In this document: positions 35,244-43,483 of the stretch, piece by piece
How the letters are laid out: every line of letters begins with the position of its first letter
Position numbering within the stretch: position 1 is the first letter of the stretch
Notes under the pieces: generated by a model
What the model saw: the letters and a program-made list of their open reading frames with translations, nothing else
What the model was told of the DNA's origin: nothing
Database searches by the model: none
Program-made: the position numbers and the translations under genes
DNA from: a virus
Taxonomy: Duplodnaviria; Caudoviricetes
IMG/VR virus record: IMGVR_UViG_3300020183_000108
Span: 1-52,355 of that record
Strand: one strand, 5' to 3'
DNA: 52,355 bases

Positions 35244-35256
35244 TAAGCTCTTGATT
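35244..35256 (-). promoter_or_regulatory. IHF consensus site
   Basis: AATCAAGAGCTTA matches WATCAANNNNTTR. Near matches on + at 35128-35140 and 34935-34947. Confidence 0.6.
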
Positions 35257-35383
35257 TTACTACAATCCAAACAATCTAACTGTATATGAGGCAGCTAGAG
35301 AACGCTATATGTAAGGTTTCACGATGTGCTTGTGAGGCGAGCTATAGGCCCCCGACGTATGGCGAGCGGAGCGAGCACGCTGC

Positions 35384-35421
35384 TGTGGATAACTCGCAAA
35401 GCCGGTGTGCCCTGTGGATAA
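35384..35421 (-). promoter_or_regulatory. Two perfect DnaA boxes
   Basis: TGTGGATAA (reverse complement TTATCCACA) at 35384-35392 and 35413-35421. Confidence 0.75.
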
Positions 35422-35440
35422 CCCAGTGTAAAGCAGGCAA

Positions 35441-35466
35441 TAAAAAACCCCGCCTTTCGGCGGGGT
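35441..35466 (-). terminator. Intrinsic terminator
   Basis: ACCCCGCC-GAAA-GGCGGGGT followed by a U run on the - strand, just after ORF 35472. Confidence 0.88.
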
Positions 35467-35471
35467 CAGTG

Positions 35472-35651
35472 TCAATCCAGTAGCTCCTCAGCTTTGCTGC
35501 CGTCTCGCCAGCCCTTGATGTACTCTTCAAAGTAGGCTGGCCCTTGGTCCTCGGCGGTCTGCATCCGCTCTCGAGCGTAGCGGTTGAAGTCGAAGCGTCC
35601 CAGCGGCGCTAGCCGCCGATCCGCCCATCCGTCTAGGTAAGCCTCACTCAT
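35472..35651 (-). CDS. Small early protein with YxxGW repeats (possible Rmf-like fold)
   Basis: MSEAYLDGWADRR...EEYIKGWRDG, with ATGA overlap to the upstream peptide. Confidence 0.55.
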   Translation of the reverse strand: MSEAYLDGWADRRLAPLGRFDFNRYARERMQTAEDQGPAYFEEYIKGWRDGSKAEELLD

Positions 35652-35746
35652 GGCGTCATCACCAAAGATACCCAAAACAGTCCACATATGCAGATAACCA
35701 TAAGCACCTTGCCGATGATTTCCGCGCATTTAACGATAGTGTCCAT
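35648..35746 (-). CDS. Small single-TM peptide (32 aa)
   Basis: GGAG SD. Translation MDTIVKCAEIIGKVLMVICICGLFWVSLVMTP*. Confidence 0.5.
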   Translation of the reverse strand: MDTIVKCAEIIGKVLMVICICGLFWVSLVMTP

Positions 35747-35772
35747 TGTCCATTCTCCGGTTTGAGGTAGGT

Positions 35773-35792
35773 GGCGGGGCTTGCGCCCCGCC
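35773..35792 (-). other. Stable GNRA-loop hairpin after ORF 35799..36155
   Basis: GGCGGGGC-GCAA-GCCCCGCC, no U tract. Confidence 0.55.
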
Positions 35793-35798
35793 TTGGTG

Positions 35799-36155
35799 TT
35801 AGAGGATTACTCGGGAGGATGTGGCGCGCTTGCCGCCCTTGCCTTCGCCCTTGGTAAGCTTAAGCTTCGGTTGCGGGAAGGGGCGCTTGACCAAAACCAA
35901 TTCGATCTTATCCACCGTTTTGGTATAGGCCAGGAACTGCACCACCTTGATCGGCTTCTTATCCAGATCAGGCATATCCGCCACATCAAGCCAAAAAGAC
36001 CAGTTTGAAATGCGCAGGTCTTTCGGCAGTTTTGCCATCTCCCGCAACAATTCGGTGACGTTGCCGGAATTCCAGCGCCCATCGACCCGGGGCTTGATTT
36101 CGAGCACGCCTTCCTTGTTGGCGACAAGAGACACGTTGCCTTCATATTCAGACAT
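35799..36155 (-). CDS. Hypothetical early protein
   Basis: 118 aa with AAGGA SD. First gene of the - strand arm. Confidence 0.7.
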   Translation of the reverse strand: MSEYEGNVSLVANKEGVLEIKPRVDGRWNSGNVTELLREMAKLPKDLRISNWSFWLDVADMPDLDKKPIKVVQFLAYTKTVDKIELVLVKRPFPQPKLKLTKGEGKGGKRATSSRVIL

Positions 36156-36209
36156 ATCGGATTTCCTTTTGAAAGATCAGTGCCGAAGCGTCATTGCCTC
36201 GACCCCATT

Positions 36210-36238
36210 ATTAAGACATATTTGGCCGGATTTGTCAA
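36210..36238 (-). promoter_or_regulatory. Possible sigma70 promoter for the first early genes
   Basis: Perfect TTGACA, 17 bp, then TG-n-CTTAAT (weak -10). Confidence 0.45.
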
Positions 36239-36412
36239 ATCCTATTTGGTCCGGGGCTTTTCGGGGCGCCTTGCGCGGCGCCCAAGGCCACTCGCTGGCC
36301 GGGGGGGGGGCACCTGGACAGCGTTTTTCTAGGCCCCCCTCTGTGTTGTAAATCGCATAAACCACAACCCAAAAAACCAAAGTGTAAAGTTTCATCACCT
36401 ACCAACTTCCGC

Positions 36413-36442
36413 TTGACACTCACTCAACCGCCCAAATATCTT
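36413..36442 (+). promoter_or_regulatory. Sigma70 promoter for terS, probably leaderless
   Basis: TTGACA-18 bp-TATCTT ends 5 nt before ATG 36448. No SD. Confidence 0.65.
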
Positions 36443-36447
36443 ATCCT

Positions 36448-36909
36448 ATGCACATCGCACCTCACGAACCCACCCGATGGACCGAGAGACTGGCGTTTGA
36501 CATCGCCCTTCGGCTTGAGGGAAGCGGTGAAGATGTCAATGAGATACTAAATCGGCACCAGCTAGATGTTTCTGCCCTGCTGGTGTTCAACAAAGACCCG
36601 GTTTTTCTGCGCCAAGTAAGTAAGTTTCGTGATGAGATCAGGGATAAAGGCGTCACATTCCGTCTGAAAGCCCGCACACAGGCCGAAGAATTGCTGAAAA
36701 CATCCTGGGTGTTGATCCACAGCCCCGATGTGAGCCCTGCGGTGAAGGCTGATCTCATCAAATCGACCGTAAAGTGGGCTGGGTTAGAGCCAAAAGGCGA
36801 TGTTTCCGCAGAATCCGGTGCTGGTGGGGTGCGAATCACCATCAATCTCGGTGGGCAGGAGCTTGGTCCGACCAATCTGGTGGAGTCTGAGGCCGTTGAA
36901 GCCGAGTAA
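36448..36909 (+). CDS. terS: Terminase small subunit (putative)
   Basis: 153 aa helical protein ending GGVRITINLG. First gene of the arm, upstream of terL. Confidence 0.65.
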   Translation: MHIAPHEPTRWTERLAFDIALRLEGSGEDVNEILNRHQLDVSALLVFNKDPVFLRQVSKFRDEIRDKGVTFRLKARTQAEELLKTSWVLIHSPDVSPAVKADLIKSTVKWAGLEPKGDVSAESGAGGVRITINLGGQELGPTNLVESEAVEAE

Positions 36910-37075
36910 ACCCCATATAGAAGACCTTCAGACCACCGATCCGCAGCAGGCCAAGCGATTTGAGCAGGAACTGGCGTCCCGAGGGGTATCGTACATGACG
37001 CAAATTGTGAAGACCAAGCGTGATGGGTTGAGATACGTGATAAAACTACTGGATTCGGCTGATGCAGGACACTGA
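36896..37075 (+). CDS. Hypothetical protein (start uncertain)
   Basis: Fills the gap between terS and 37062. TTG start chosen. Confidence 0.5.
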   Translation: MKPSKPHIEDLQTTDPQQAKRFEQELASRGVSYMTQIVKTKRDGLRYVIKLLDSADAGH

Positions 37076-37250
37076 GGATGAGGGTTATCTGCTTCATTGC
37101 ATCCCGGTCAACGATCTGAGAGAGCATGTCGTTGATGATGATGGTACGTGCTGGTGTGATCCGGATTTTGACGCTGAGTATGAGATGTTCATCCACAATA
37201 GTGCGGATGGGCGGGAGGATTATGAGGAGGGGCGGCGCCTGCCGCACTGA
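37062..37250 (+). CDS. Small acidic His/Cys metal-binding protein
   Basis: HCIPVNDLREH...CWCDP...IHNSADGRE. Confidence 0.65.
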   Translation: MQDTEDEGYLLHCIPVNDLREHVVDDDGTCWCDPDFDAEYEMFIHNSADGREDYEEGRRLPH

Positions 37251-37258
37251 CCAAACCC

Positions 37259-38647
37259 ATGGCACTGGAAATCGACTATACCCCGCCGCCGACTGGGCGA
37301 CGGTTCATGGCTTCGGACGCTCGTATGCGCGTCCTTATGGGGCCGGTTGGTTCTGGCAAGTCCGTGACATCCTCATTCGAGATCGTGCGCCGGGCGACTA
37401 TGCAGCAGCCGGACCAGAACGGGCGCAGGCGGAGCCGAGCAGCCATTGTCCGTGAGACGGCAAGGCAGCTTCAGGACACCACGATCAAGACCTTCCTTGA
37501 CTGGTTCCCGCCGGGTCAGTGTGGTGACTATATGCGTACCACCAAGACCTACTTCTTCAAGGTTGGGGATGTTGAGTGTGAGATCATGTTTCGGGCATTG
37601 GATGATGCCGATGACGTGGCCAACCTCAACTCGCTTGAGCTGACCTTCGCATGGTTCAACGAGTGTCGGGACATCCATCCGGATATTGTTGACGCTATGT
37701 CAAAACGTATTGGCCGGTTCCCAAGCGCCAAGGACGGCGGGCCGACTTGGTTTGGGATGTGGGGCGATACCAACCCGCCGGTGATGGATTCGTGGTGGTA
37801 CTACCAGATGGAAGGGCTTAGCTCGGCAGATGGGGTCTCGCCTAACGACAATGGGTGGGCGGTGTTTAAGCAGCCCAGTGGCCGCAGCCCGCAGGCTGAG
37901 AACGTGGAGAACTTGCCGGATGGGTACTATGACACCCAGGGGCGGTCTGATGAGTATGTGCGGGTCTATATTGATGGGGAGTACGGGCTGTCCTCGGCGG
38001 GGATGCCCATTTATAAATACTTCCGGACGGACTATCACATGGCCAGGGCGCCTCTGCGGCACGTCACCAACGGTGTGCGTCCTATCGTGGTGGGGATGGA
38101 CCTGGGGCTTACACCGGCGGCTGTCATCGGACAGCAGGACCCACGCGGCAGGGCGCTCATACTGGATGAGGCGGTCAGCTTTGATATGGGGATACAGCGG
38201 TTCGTAAGGACGGTGCTCAAGCCCTTGCTGTATGAGCGGTTTCCGGGGGTGCCGGTGCTCGTGGTGACCGACCCGGCGGGCACACAGCGGGCGCAGACCG
38301 ATGAACGGAGCGCGGTGGACATCATCAAGGCTGAGGGGATGCGGGTCATATCTGCCCGGACGAATAGCGTTGCGGCACGCATCAACGCAGTGGATGAGTT
38401 TCTTATGCGGCAGGTGGACGGGGACCCGGCGTTCTTGGTTGACCCCAGGTGTACCCGGCTCAAGGCGGCTATGATGGGGGGCTATAGGTACAAACCCAAA
38501 GGGGACGGGGACATCGACAAGAACAAACACAGCCACGTGGCTGAGGCCCTTCAGTATCTGATGCTCCACATCGCCAACGCCAATGAGGGGTCGGCGGCCC
38601 ACTTCAAGAGACCGATCAAACCTATTGCGTCTGCTGGCTGGACCTGA
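37259..38647 (+). CDS. terL: Terminase large subunit
   Basis: Walker A GPVGSGKS, FAWFNE, GDTNPP, ENVENL, nuclease GMDLG and HSHVAEALQY. Confidence 0.93.
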   Translation: MALEIDYTPPPTGRRFMASDARMRVLMGPVGSGKSVTSSFEIVRRATMQQPDQNGRRRSRAAIVRETARQLQDTTIKTFLDWFPPGQCGDYMRTTKTYFFKVGDVECEIMFRALDDADDVANLNSLELTFAWFNECRDIHPDIVDAMSKRIGRFPSAKDGGPTWFGMWGDTNPPVMDSWWYYQMEGLSSADGVSPNDNGWAVFKQPSGRSPQAENVENLPDGYYDTQGRSDEYVRVYIDGEYGLSSAGMPIYKYFRTDYHMARAPLRHVTNGVRPIVVGMDLGLTPAAVIGQQDPRGRALILDEAVSFDMGIQRFVRTVLKPLLYERFPGVPVLVVTDPAGTQRAQTDERSAVDIIKAEGMRVISARTNSVAARINAVDEFLMRQVDGDPAFLVDPRCTRLKAAMMGGYRYKPKGDGDIDKNKHSHVAEALQYLMLHIANANEGSAAHFKRPIKPIASAGWT

Positions 38648-38653
38648 TACTAT
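38625..38653 (+). promoter_or_regulatory. Sigma70-type promoter overlapping the terL stop
   Basis: TTGCGT-17 bp-TACTAT with extended TG. Confidence 0.55.
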
Positions 38654-38658
38654 ATCTT

Positions 38659-38741
38659 GTGTCCTTAGTCCGAGGACACCTGGCTTTGTTCATTCCTCCC
38701 CGAAACTAGCCCCCTGTAGCTGCCTCTACAGGGGGTTTTTT
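38659..38741 (+). ncRNA. Candidate ~83-nt sRNA with anti-SD seed
   Basis: Own promoter, 5' hairpin GTGTCCT/AGGACAC, unpaired TTGTTCATTCCTCCCC and an intrinsic terminator. Confidence 0.5.
38710..38741 (+). terminator. Intrinsic terminator
   Basis: CCCCCTGTAG-ctgcct-CTACAGGGGG-TTTTTT. Confidence 0.9.
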
Positions 38742-38749
38742 CTTATCCC

Positions 38750-38778
38750 TTGCATCGATGGCGTTTAGCGGCTACCTT
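38750..38778 (+). promoter_or_regulatory. Sigma70-type promoter for the head gene operon
   Basis: TTGCAT-17 bp-TACCTT, immediately after the terminator. Confidence 0.55.
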
Positions 38779-38808
38779 ACCCAAATCGCGCCGTAAAAGG
38801 GATTGATT

Positions 38809-39165
38809 ATGGCCACTGTTTCCCCAGTTCTTAGCCGCACTGCCGAGGGTGTACCCTATCTCCTGTGGGAGAATGTCGCCACGGGTGACACGTTGCAGCC
38901 TTACGCTGTTCACGCACGCCTGGGGCTTGATGCCTCAGTGCAGTTTGCTGGTACGTTTGGTAGCGCCACAGTCAAGTTGCAGCAGTCGAATGACAACGCG
39001 GCGTACTTTGACATGAAGGATACCGCTGGCACCACGGTAAGTGCTACGGCTGCGGCGCTGTTCAACTTCAGCTCGGCTGCTGTGTACCTTCGCCCGGCGA
39101 TCACCGGTGGGACCGGAGATGCAGTTGATATCTACCTTGTTCTTCGCGGCAACGCGCAGGCTTGA
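38809..39165 (+). CDS. Virion structural protein (beta-sandwich)
   Basis: VQFAGTFGSATVKLQQSND...YLRP, upstream of the portal gene. Confidence 0.6.
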   Translation: MATVSPVLSRTAEGVPYLLWENVATGDTLQPYAVHARLGLDASVQFAGTFGSATVKLQQSNDNAAYFDMKDTAGTTVSATAAALFNFSSAAVYLRPAITGGTGDAVDIYLVLRGNAQA

Positions 39166-39172
39166 TCGGTAG

Positions 39173-41242
39173 ATGCCAGGACTTACCATACTCCGCGTCG
39201 TCAGCAACAGTGAGATCGAACGCGCTGAGCGTGAACGTATGGATGCCGAGCTTCAGGCTCGGCAAAACAGCGATCTCATCACGGGTTTTTCAGCGTACCT
39301 CAAGACGTGTTGGGATGCTGCGCGTATTGCCAAGGACCCGATCAACGATGTGATGCTCAGAGCTCTCCGTCAGCGCAACGGGGAGTATGAGGCGGATAAA
39401 CTTCAGGCGATTCGCGTTCAGGGCGGGTCTGAGGTTTACATGATGCTGACGGAAGTCAAGTGCCGTGCAGCAGAGAGTTGGCTTCGTGACATTCTTCTGG
39501 ATACCGGCTCGCCCCCCTGGGACATGCAACCTACGCCGATTCCTGACTTGTCCCCCGAACAGTCAGAGGAGGTTCAGCTCGCCTTTGCTGAGCAGGTGGT
39601 AAATATCATCCAATCCACCGGTCAGGCGCCGGACAAGACCCAGATGCTGGAACTCAGGGAGATGGTTTCCCAGGACTACCGGTTTAAGGTCTTGCAGGCC
39701 GCTCAAGCGCGCGTTGATCGGATGAAGATCAAGATTGATGACCAGTTTGCTCAGGGTGGTTGGGCCGATGCGTTCAACGAGTTCCTGACCGATCTGGTAA
39801 CCTTCCCCTGCGCCTTCCTCAAAGGGCCTATCGTGCGCCGTCAGCGCCACTTGGGTTGGGCCAAGGGTCCCGGAGGTGCGACCACCGTAGAAGCCGCTGA
39901 GCGGCTTGCGCCGGAGTTTGAGCGGGTCAGCCCATTCAATATCTACCCCGAGCCGGGTATCACCCGAATCAACGACGGGTATATTTTCGAGCATCATAAG
40001 CTGAGTCGGTCAGCACTGGCTGATCTTATCGGCGTGCCCGGGTATGATGATCAGGCGATTCGCAAGGTACTTAATGAGGGGCCAAGCCAGACCTGGGTGT
40101 CTGAGCCGACCGAGATGCAGCGTGAGGAGGAGGAGCGCAAATACTATACCGAGTTGCGCCCGACCGATATGTTCGATGCCCTTGAGTTCTGGGGTAAGGT
40201 CAGCGGCAAGATGCTTCGTGAGTGGGGCATGGATGCTTCTGAGGTACCTGATGAGGCCAAGGAGTACGATGCAAACGCTTGGCTTGTGGGCAATTATGTC
40301 ATCAAAGCCATCCTCAACTACGATCCATTGGGTGAGAAGCCCTATGTAAAGACCTCGTTCATCAAGATGCCGGGTGCCTTCTGGGGTCGCGCTATCCCAG
40401 AGATTATTGAGGATTTGCAGAATGTCTGCAACGCCGCCGCCCGGGCCTTGGTGAACAACATGAGCATCGCTTCCGGCCCACAGGTCGAGGTGAATCTTGA
40501 GCGCATCCCGCCCAACGAAGACATCACGCAAGTTCACCCTTGGAAAATTTGGCAGACGCTGAACGATCCCCTGGGTTCTTCTGCCCCGGCGGTCCGGTTC
40601 AACCAGCCGAACGACAATGCCGCCACCCTGATGGGTGTGTACGAGCGGTTCAGCCGACTGGCTGATGACCATTCAGGCATTCCGGCCTACATCTACGGTG
40701 ACACCAACGTGCAGGGGGCTGGGCGCACGGCTTCTGGCTTGTCGATGCTTATGGGGTCGGCGGGTAAGAGCATTCGGCAAGTGGTGATGCACATTGATTC
40801 GGATGTCACCAAGCCCATTGTTCAGCGTCAGTTTGTTTACAATATGCGTTACGATCCTGATGAGTCCATCAAGGGTGACGCGCAAATTATACCCCGCGGT
40901 GCTATCAACCTCGCGGTTCGTGAGACAGTCAACCTCCGGCGTGTTGAGTTCCTCAATGCTACTGCCAATGAGTTTGATATGCAGATTATTGGGGCTGACG
41001 GGCGTGCAGCCATCCTACGCGAAGTGGCTAAGGGGCTTCAGATGCCTGCCGAGGACATCGTACCCTCCCGTGAGCGGTTGGATTATCAGGCCCGAGTGCA
41101 GGCCCTTGGTCAACAGGCGCAGCAAGCCGCTTCAGCTCAACAGGGTGGTGCGGCCCCAAGGACGCTCGATCAGGCCGGTAATCCGGCGGGTGGCGCAGCG
41201 GCTACGGTAGTACGAAACCAGAACACGGGTACCGCAGGTTGA
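39173..41242 (+). CDS. Portal protein
   Basis: 689 aa. ERVSPFNIYPEP, GAFWGRAIPE, NNMSIASGPQ and GRTASGLSMLM. Position between terL and scaffold. Confidence 0.9.
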   Translation: MPGLTILRVVSNSEIERAERERMDAELQARQNSDLITGFSAYLKTCWDAARIAKDPINDVMLRALRQRNGEYEADKLQAIRVQGGSEVYMMLTEVKCRAAESWLRDILLDTGSPPWDMQPTPIPDLSPEQSEEVQLAFAEQVVNIIQSTGQAPDKTQMLELREMVSQDYRFKVLQAAQARVDRMKIKIDDQFAQGGWADAFNEFLTDLVTFPCAFLKGPIVRRQRHLGWAKGPGGATTVEAAERLAPEFERVSPFNIYPEPGITRINDGYIFEHHKLSRSALADLIGVPGYDDQAIRKVLNEGPSQTWVSEPTEMQREEEERKYYTELRPTDMFDALEFWGKVSGKMLREWGMDASEVPDEAKEYDANAWLVGNYVIKAILNYDPLGEKPYVKTSFIKMPGAFWGRAIPEIIEDLQNVCNAAARALVNNMSIASGPQVEVNLERIPPNEDITQVHPWKIWQTLNDPLGSSAPAVRFNQPNDNAATLMGVYERFSRLADDHSGIPAYIYGDTNVQGAGRTASGLSMLMGSAGKSIRQVVMHIDSDVTKPIVQRQFVYNMRYDPDESIKGDAQIIPRGAINLAVRETVNLRRVEFLNATANEFDMQIIGADGRAAILREVAKGLQMPAEDIVPSRERLDYQARVQALGQQAQQAASAQQGGAAPRTLDQAGNPAGGAAATVVRNQNTGTAG

Positions 41243-41460
41243 TCAGACCCAACCCAGAGACCGTCAAGATTATAGCTGCCGTGTCCCGTCAACACCCTTT
41301 GTTTAGGGATTGGTTGCAGGATTGGCGGCAGCGCGAGCTTGAACAATTGCCGAATGTGTCTCAAACCGCCGTGGGTGTTGCCCAAGGACGGTGTCAGGTA
41401 TTGACAGAGCTATTCAAATTGTTGCAAGATTCCCCTGATTTGGCAGCAAAATCCCGCTAG
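41239..41460 (+). CDS. Small head-module protein (Bbp19-like position)
   Basis: 73 aa with VAQGRCQVL, between portal and scaffold. Confidence 0.7.
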   Translation: MIRPNPETVKIIAAVSRQHPLFRDWLQDWRQRELEQLPNVSQTAVGVAQGRCQVLTELFKLLQDSPDLAAKSR

Positions 41461-41505
41461 GGGGTAGCTGTTCATTCAACCACGCACACCGAGAGGAGCG
41501 TTCTT

Positions 41506-42525
41506 GTGACCATTCCTGAGCAGGTTCGTCGTCAGTCTGAGGCTATCGCCAAGATGTATGAAGAAGGCAACACCGATGCTGCTGCGCCCGCCACTGGGGA
41601 AGCTGCGGGTGTGTCTGAAGTACAGGATACGCAAGCCGACAGCGCCGAGAACAATGCGCCTGAATCCGCGTCGAACGAGCAACGACGTTCGGATACCACG
41701 GGAGGCGCTGCTGAGCTAACCTTTGAACAGCGGTATCGCACCCTTCAGGGTATGTATAACGCCGACACGGGCCGTCTTCGGGCGGATAATCAGCAGTTAA
41801 ATACTAGGCTTTCGCAACTTGAGCAGTTGTTGTCTACCCTTTCTAGTCAGCCCATGCCCATGGCTGCTACCTCAGCGGCAGAACGGTTGGTAACTGACAA
41901 GGATGTTGAGGAGTACGGTGATTCCATTGAGGTCATGCGTCGCGTGACCAAAGAGGAAGTTTCGACGGCTAACCGTCGGATTGCCGAGTTGGAGCATATG
42001 ATTCGTCAGATGCAGACCAGCGTTCTACCTCGCGTTGAGCAAGTGGCTCAAAGGCAAGCTGCAACGGCTGAGCAGACTTTCTGGTCGGACCTCACGACTG
42101 CGGTTCCTCAGTGGAGGGACATAAACGCAGATCAGAAGTTCCACAGTTGGTTACTTGAGGTTGATCCTTTGACGGGGCTGACCCGTCAGACCTACCTCGA
42201 GGACGCTCAGCGTAGCCTCGATGTTCAGCGTATCGCCAGTATCTTCTTCGCTTGGCAGGGACTCAGCGGTCACTCTGTTGCTCAGCCACCTCGGGCTGCG
42301 CAGGCAACCGAACTTGGTAGGCAAGTATCTCCGGGTCGTGGTCGTTCCAGTGGCGGCGCTCCCGCTGCCTCTGATAACGGCAAGACCTATTCTTCAAAGG
42401 ATATTGCAAAGTTCTTTGATGATGTGCGGAAGGGTGCCTATAAAGGACGGGAAACCGAACGCGACCGAATCGAGCGCGATATTTTCGCTGCACAGCGGGA
42501 AAATCGCATTGTCGCAAATGGTTGA
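41506..42525 (+). CDS. Capsid scaffolding protein
   Basis: Acidic N-terminus, EQRYRTLQGMY coiled coil and WRDINADQKFHSWL. Precedes the capsid gene. Confidence 0.8.
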   Translation: MTIPEQVRRQSEAIAKMYEEGNTDAAAPATGEAAGVSEVQDTQADSAENNAPESASNEQRRSDTTGGAAELTFEQRYRTLQGMYNADTGRLRADNQQLNTRLSQLEQLLSTLSSQPMPMAATSAAERLVTDKDVEEYGDSIEVMRRVTKEEVSTANRRIAELEHMIRQMQTSVLPRVEQVAQRQAATAEQTFWSDLTTAVPQWRDINADQKFHSWLLEVDPLTGLTRQTYLEDAQRSLDVQRIASIFFAWQGLSGHSVAQPPRAAQATELGRQVSPGRGRSSGGAPAASDNGKTYSSKDIAKFFDDVRKGAYKGRETERDRIERDIFAAQRENRIVANG

Positions 42526-42541
42526 ATGGAGATAATCCACC

Positions 42542-43471
42542 ATGTCTTTCCCCGTCTCACCGGGTCGCCCCAACTACTCCGGGAATTTCATTCCTGAGAT
42601 TTGGAGTGGCAAGCTGATCGAGAACTTCTACGACGCCACGGTTCTCGCGGCTATTTCCAATACCGATTACGAAGGTGAAATTCGTAATCAGGGTGATACC
42701 GTCAACATCCGCACGATCCCGAACATCACGATCCGTGATTACGTGAAGGGTCAGAACCTTGTCGTGGAAAACCCCGACAAGCCGAAGTTGCAGCTCTTGA
42801 TCGACAAGGGTGAATACTTTGCTTGTGTTGAAGATGATATTGATCGCGTGCAGTCTGACGTGAAGCTCATGGATATGTGGTCCAAGGATGCTTCTGAGCA
42901 GATGAAGATCAAGATCGATCAGCGCGTGCTGACCGATATGCTGCCCGATATCGCCTCTGGCAATAAGGGCGGCGCCGCTGGTGCTCAGTCTGCTGCGTTC
43001 AACCTCGGCACGACCGCTTCTCCGCTGTCCGTGACCAAAGACGGCGCTGGCGGCACTGCTTCGGTGGTTGACCTAATCGTTGACCTCGGCACTGTGCTTG
43101 ACGAAGCGAATGCCCCGGAAGCGGGTCGCTTCTTGGTGATTCCGGCCCGTATGGCTGGCTTGATCAAGAAATCCGAGCTGAAGGATGCGTCGCTTGTTGG
43201 TGACACCACCTCGGTGATCCGCAATGGTCGCCTTGGCATGGTTGATCGCTTCACGCTGTATGTCAGCCACAATCTGAAGGTTGATACCGGCGGGAAGTAC
43301 AACCTCATCGCTGGGCACAAGATGGGTTTCACCTTCGCGTCTCAGATGACCGAAATGGAAACGATCCGTTCGGAGTCAACTTTCGGTGACATTATCCGTG
43401 GCCTTCAGGTTTACGGGTATAAGGTCGTGAAGCCGGAAGCCCTGGCTCAGGCCGTCGTGACCTTCGCATAA
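42542..43471 (+). CDS. Major capsid protein (HK97 fold)
   Basis: NFIPEIWSGKL, NTDYEGEI...GDTVNI and FGDIIRGLQVYGYKVVKPEAL. Confidence 0.93.
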   Translation: MSFPVSPGRPNYSGNFIPEIWSGKLIENFYDATVLAAISNTDYEGEIRNQGDTVNIRTIPNITIRDYVKGQNLVVENPDKPKLQLLIDKGEYFACVEDDIDRVQSDVKLMDMWSKDASEQMKIKIDQRVLTDMLPDIASGNKGGAAGAQSAAFNLGTTASPLSVTKDGAGGTASVVDLIVDLGTVLDEANAPEAGRFLVIPARMAGLIKKSELKDASLVGDTTSVIRNGRLGMVDRFTLYVSHNLKVDTGGKYNLIAGHKMGFTFASQMTEMETIRSESTFGDIIRGLQVYGYKVVKPEALAQAVVTFA

Positions 43472-43483
43472 GGAGCGTTTGAA

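Larger units (their letters stand above)
34850..35440. other. Putative replication origin (AT-rich, short repeats, IHF and DnaA sites)
   Basis: The only long AT-rich non-coding tract. 10 AATCTA/TAGATT copies, 3 IHF-like sites and 2 DnaA boxes. Confidence 0.7.

Noticed and set aside
34859-35280. AATCTA repeats as a CRISPR or mini-array
   Set aside because: Units are 6-17 bp, in both orientations and irregularly spaced.
37700-38602. 300-aa antisense ORF inside terL (also 36462..37265, 19119..19832, 29359..30006 and similar)
   Set aside because: These are shadow ORFs of GC-rich coding strands, with no recognisable motifs and opposite to well-supported genes.
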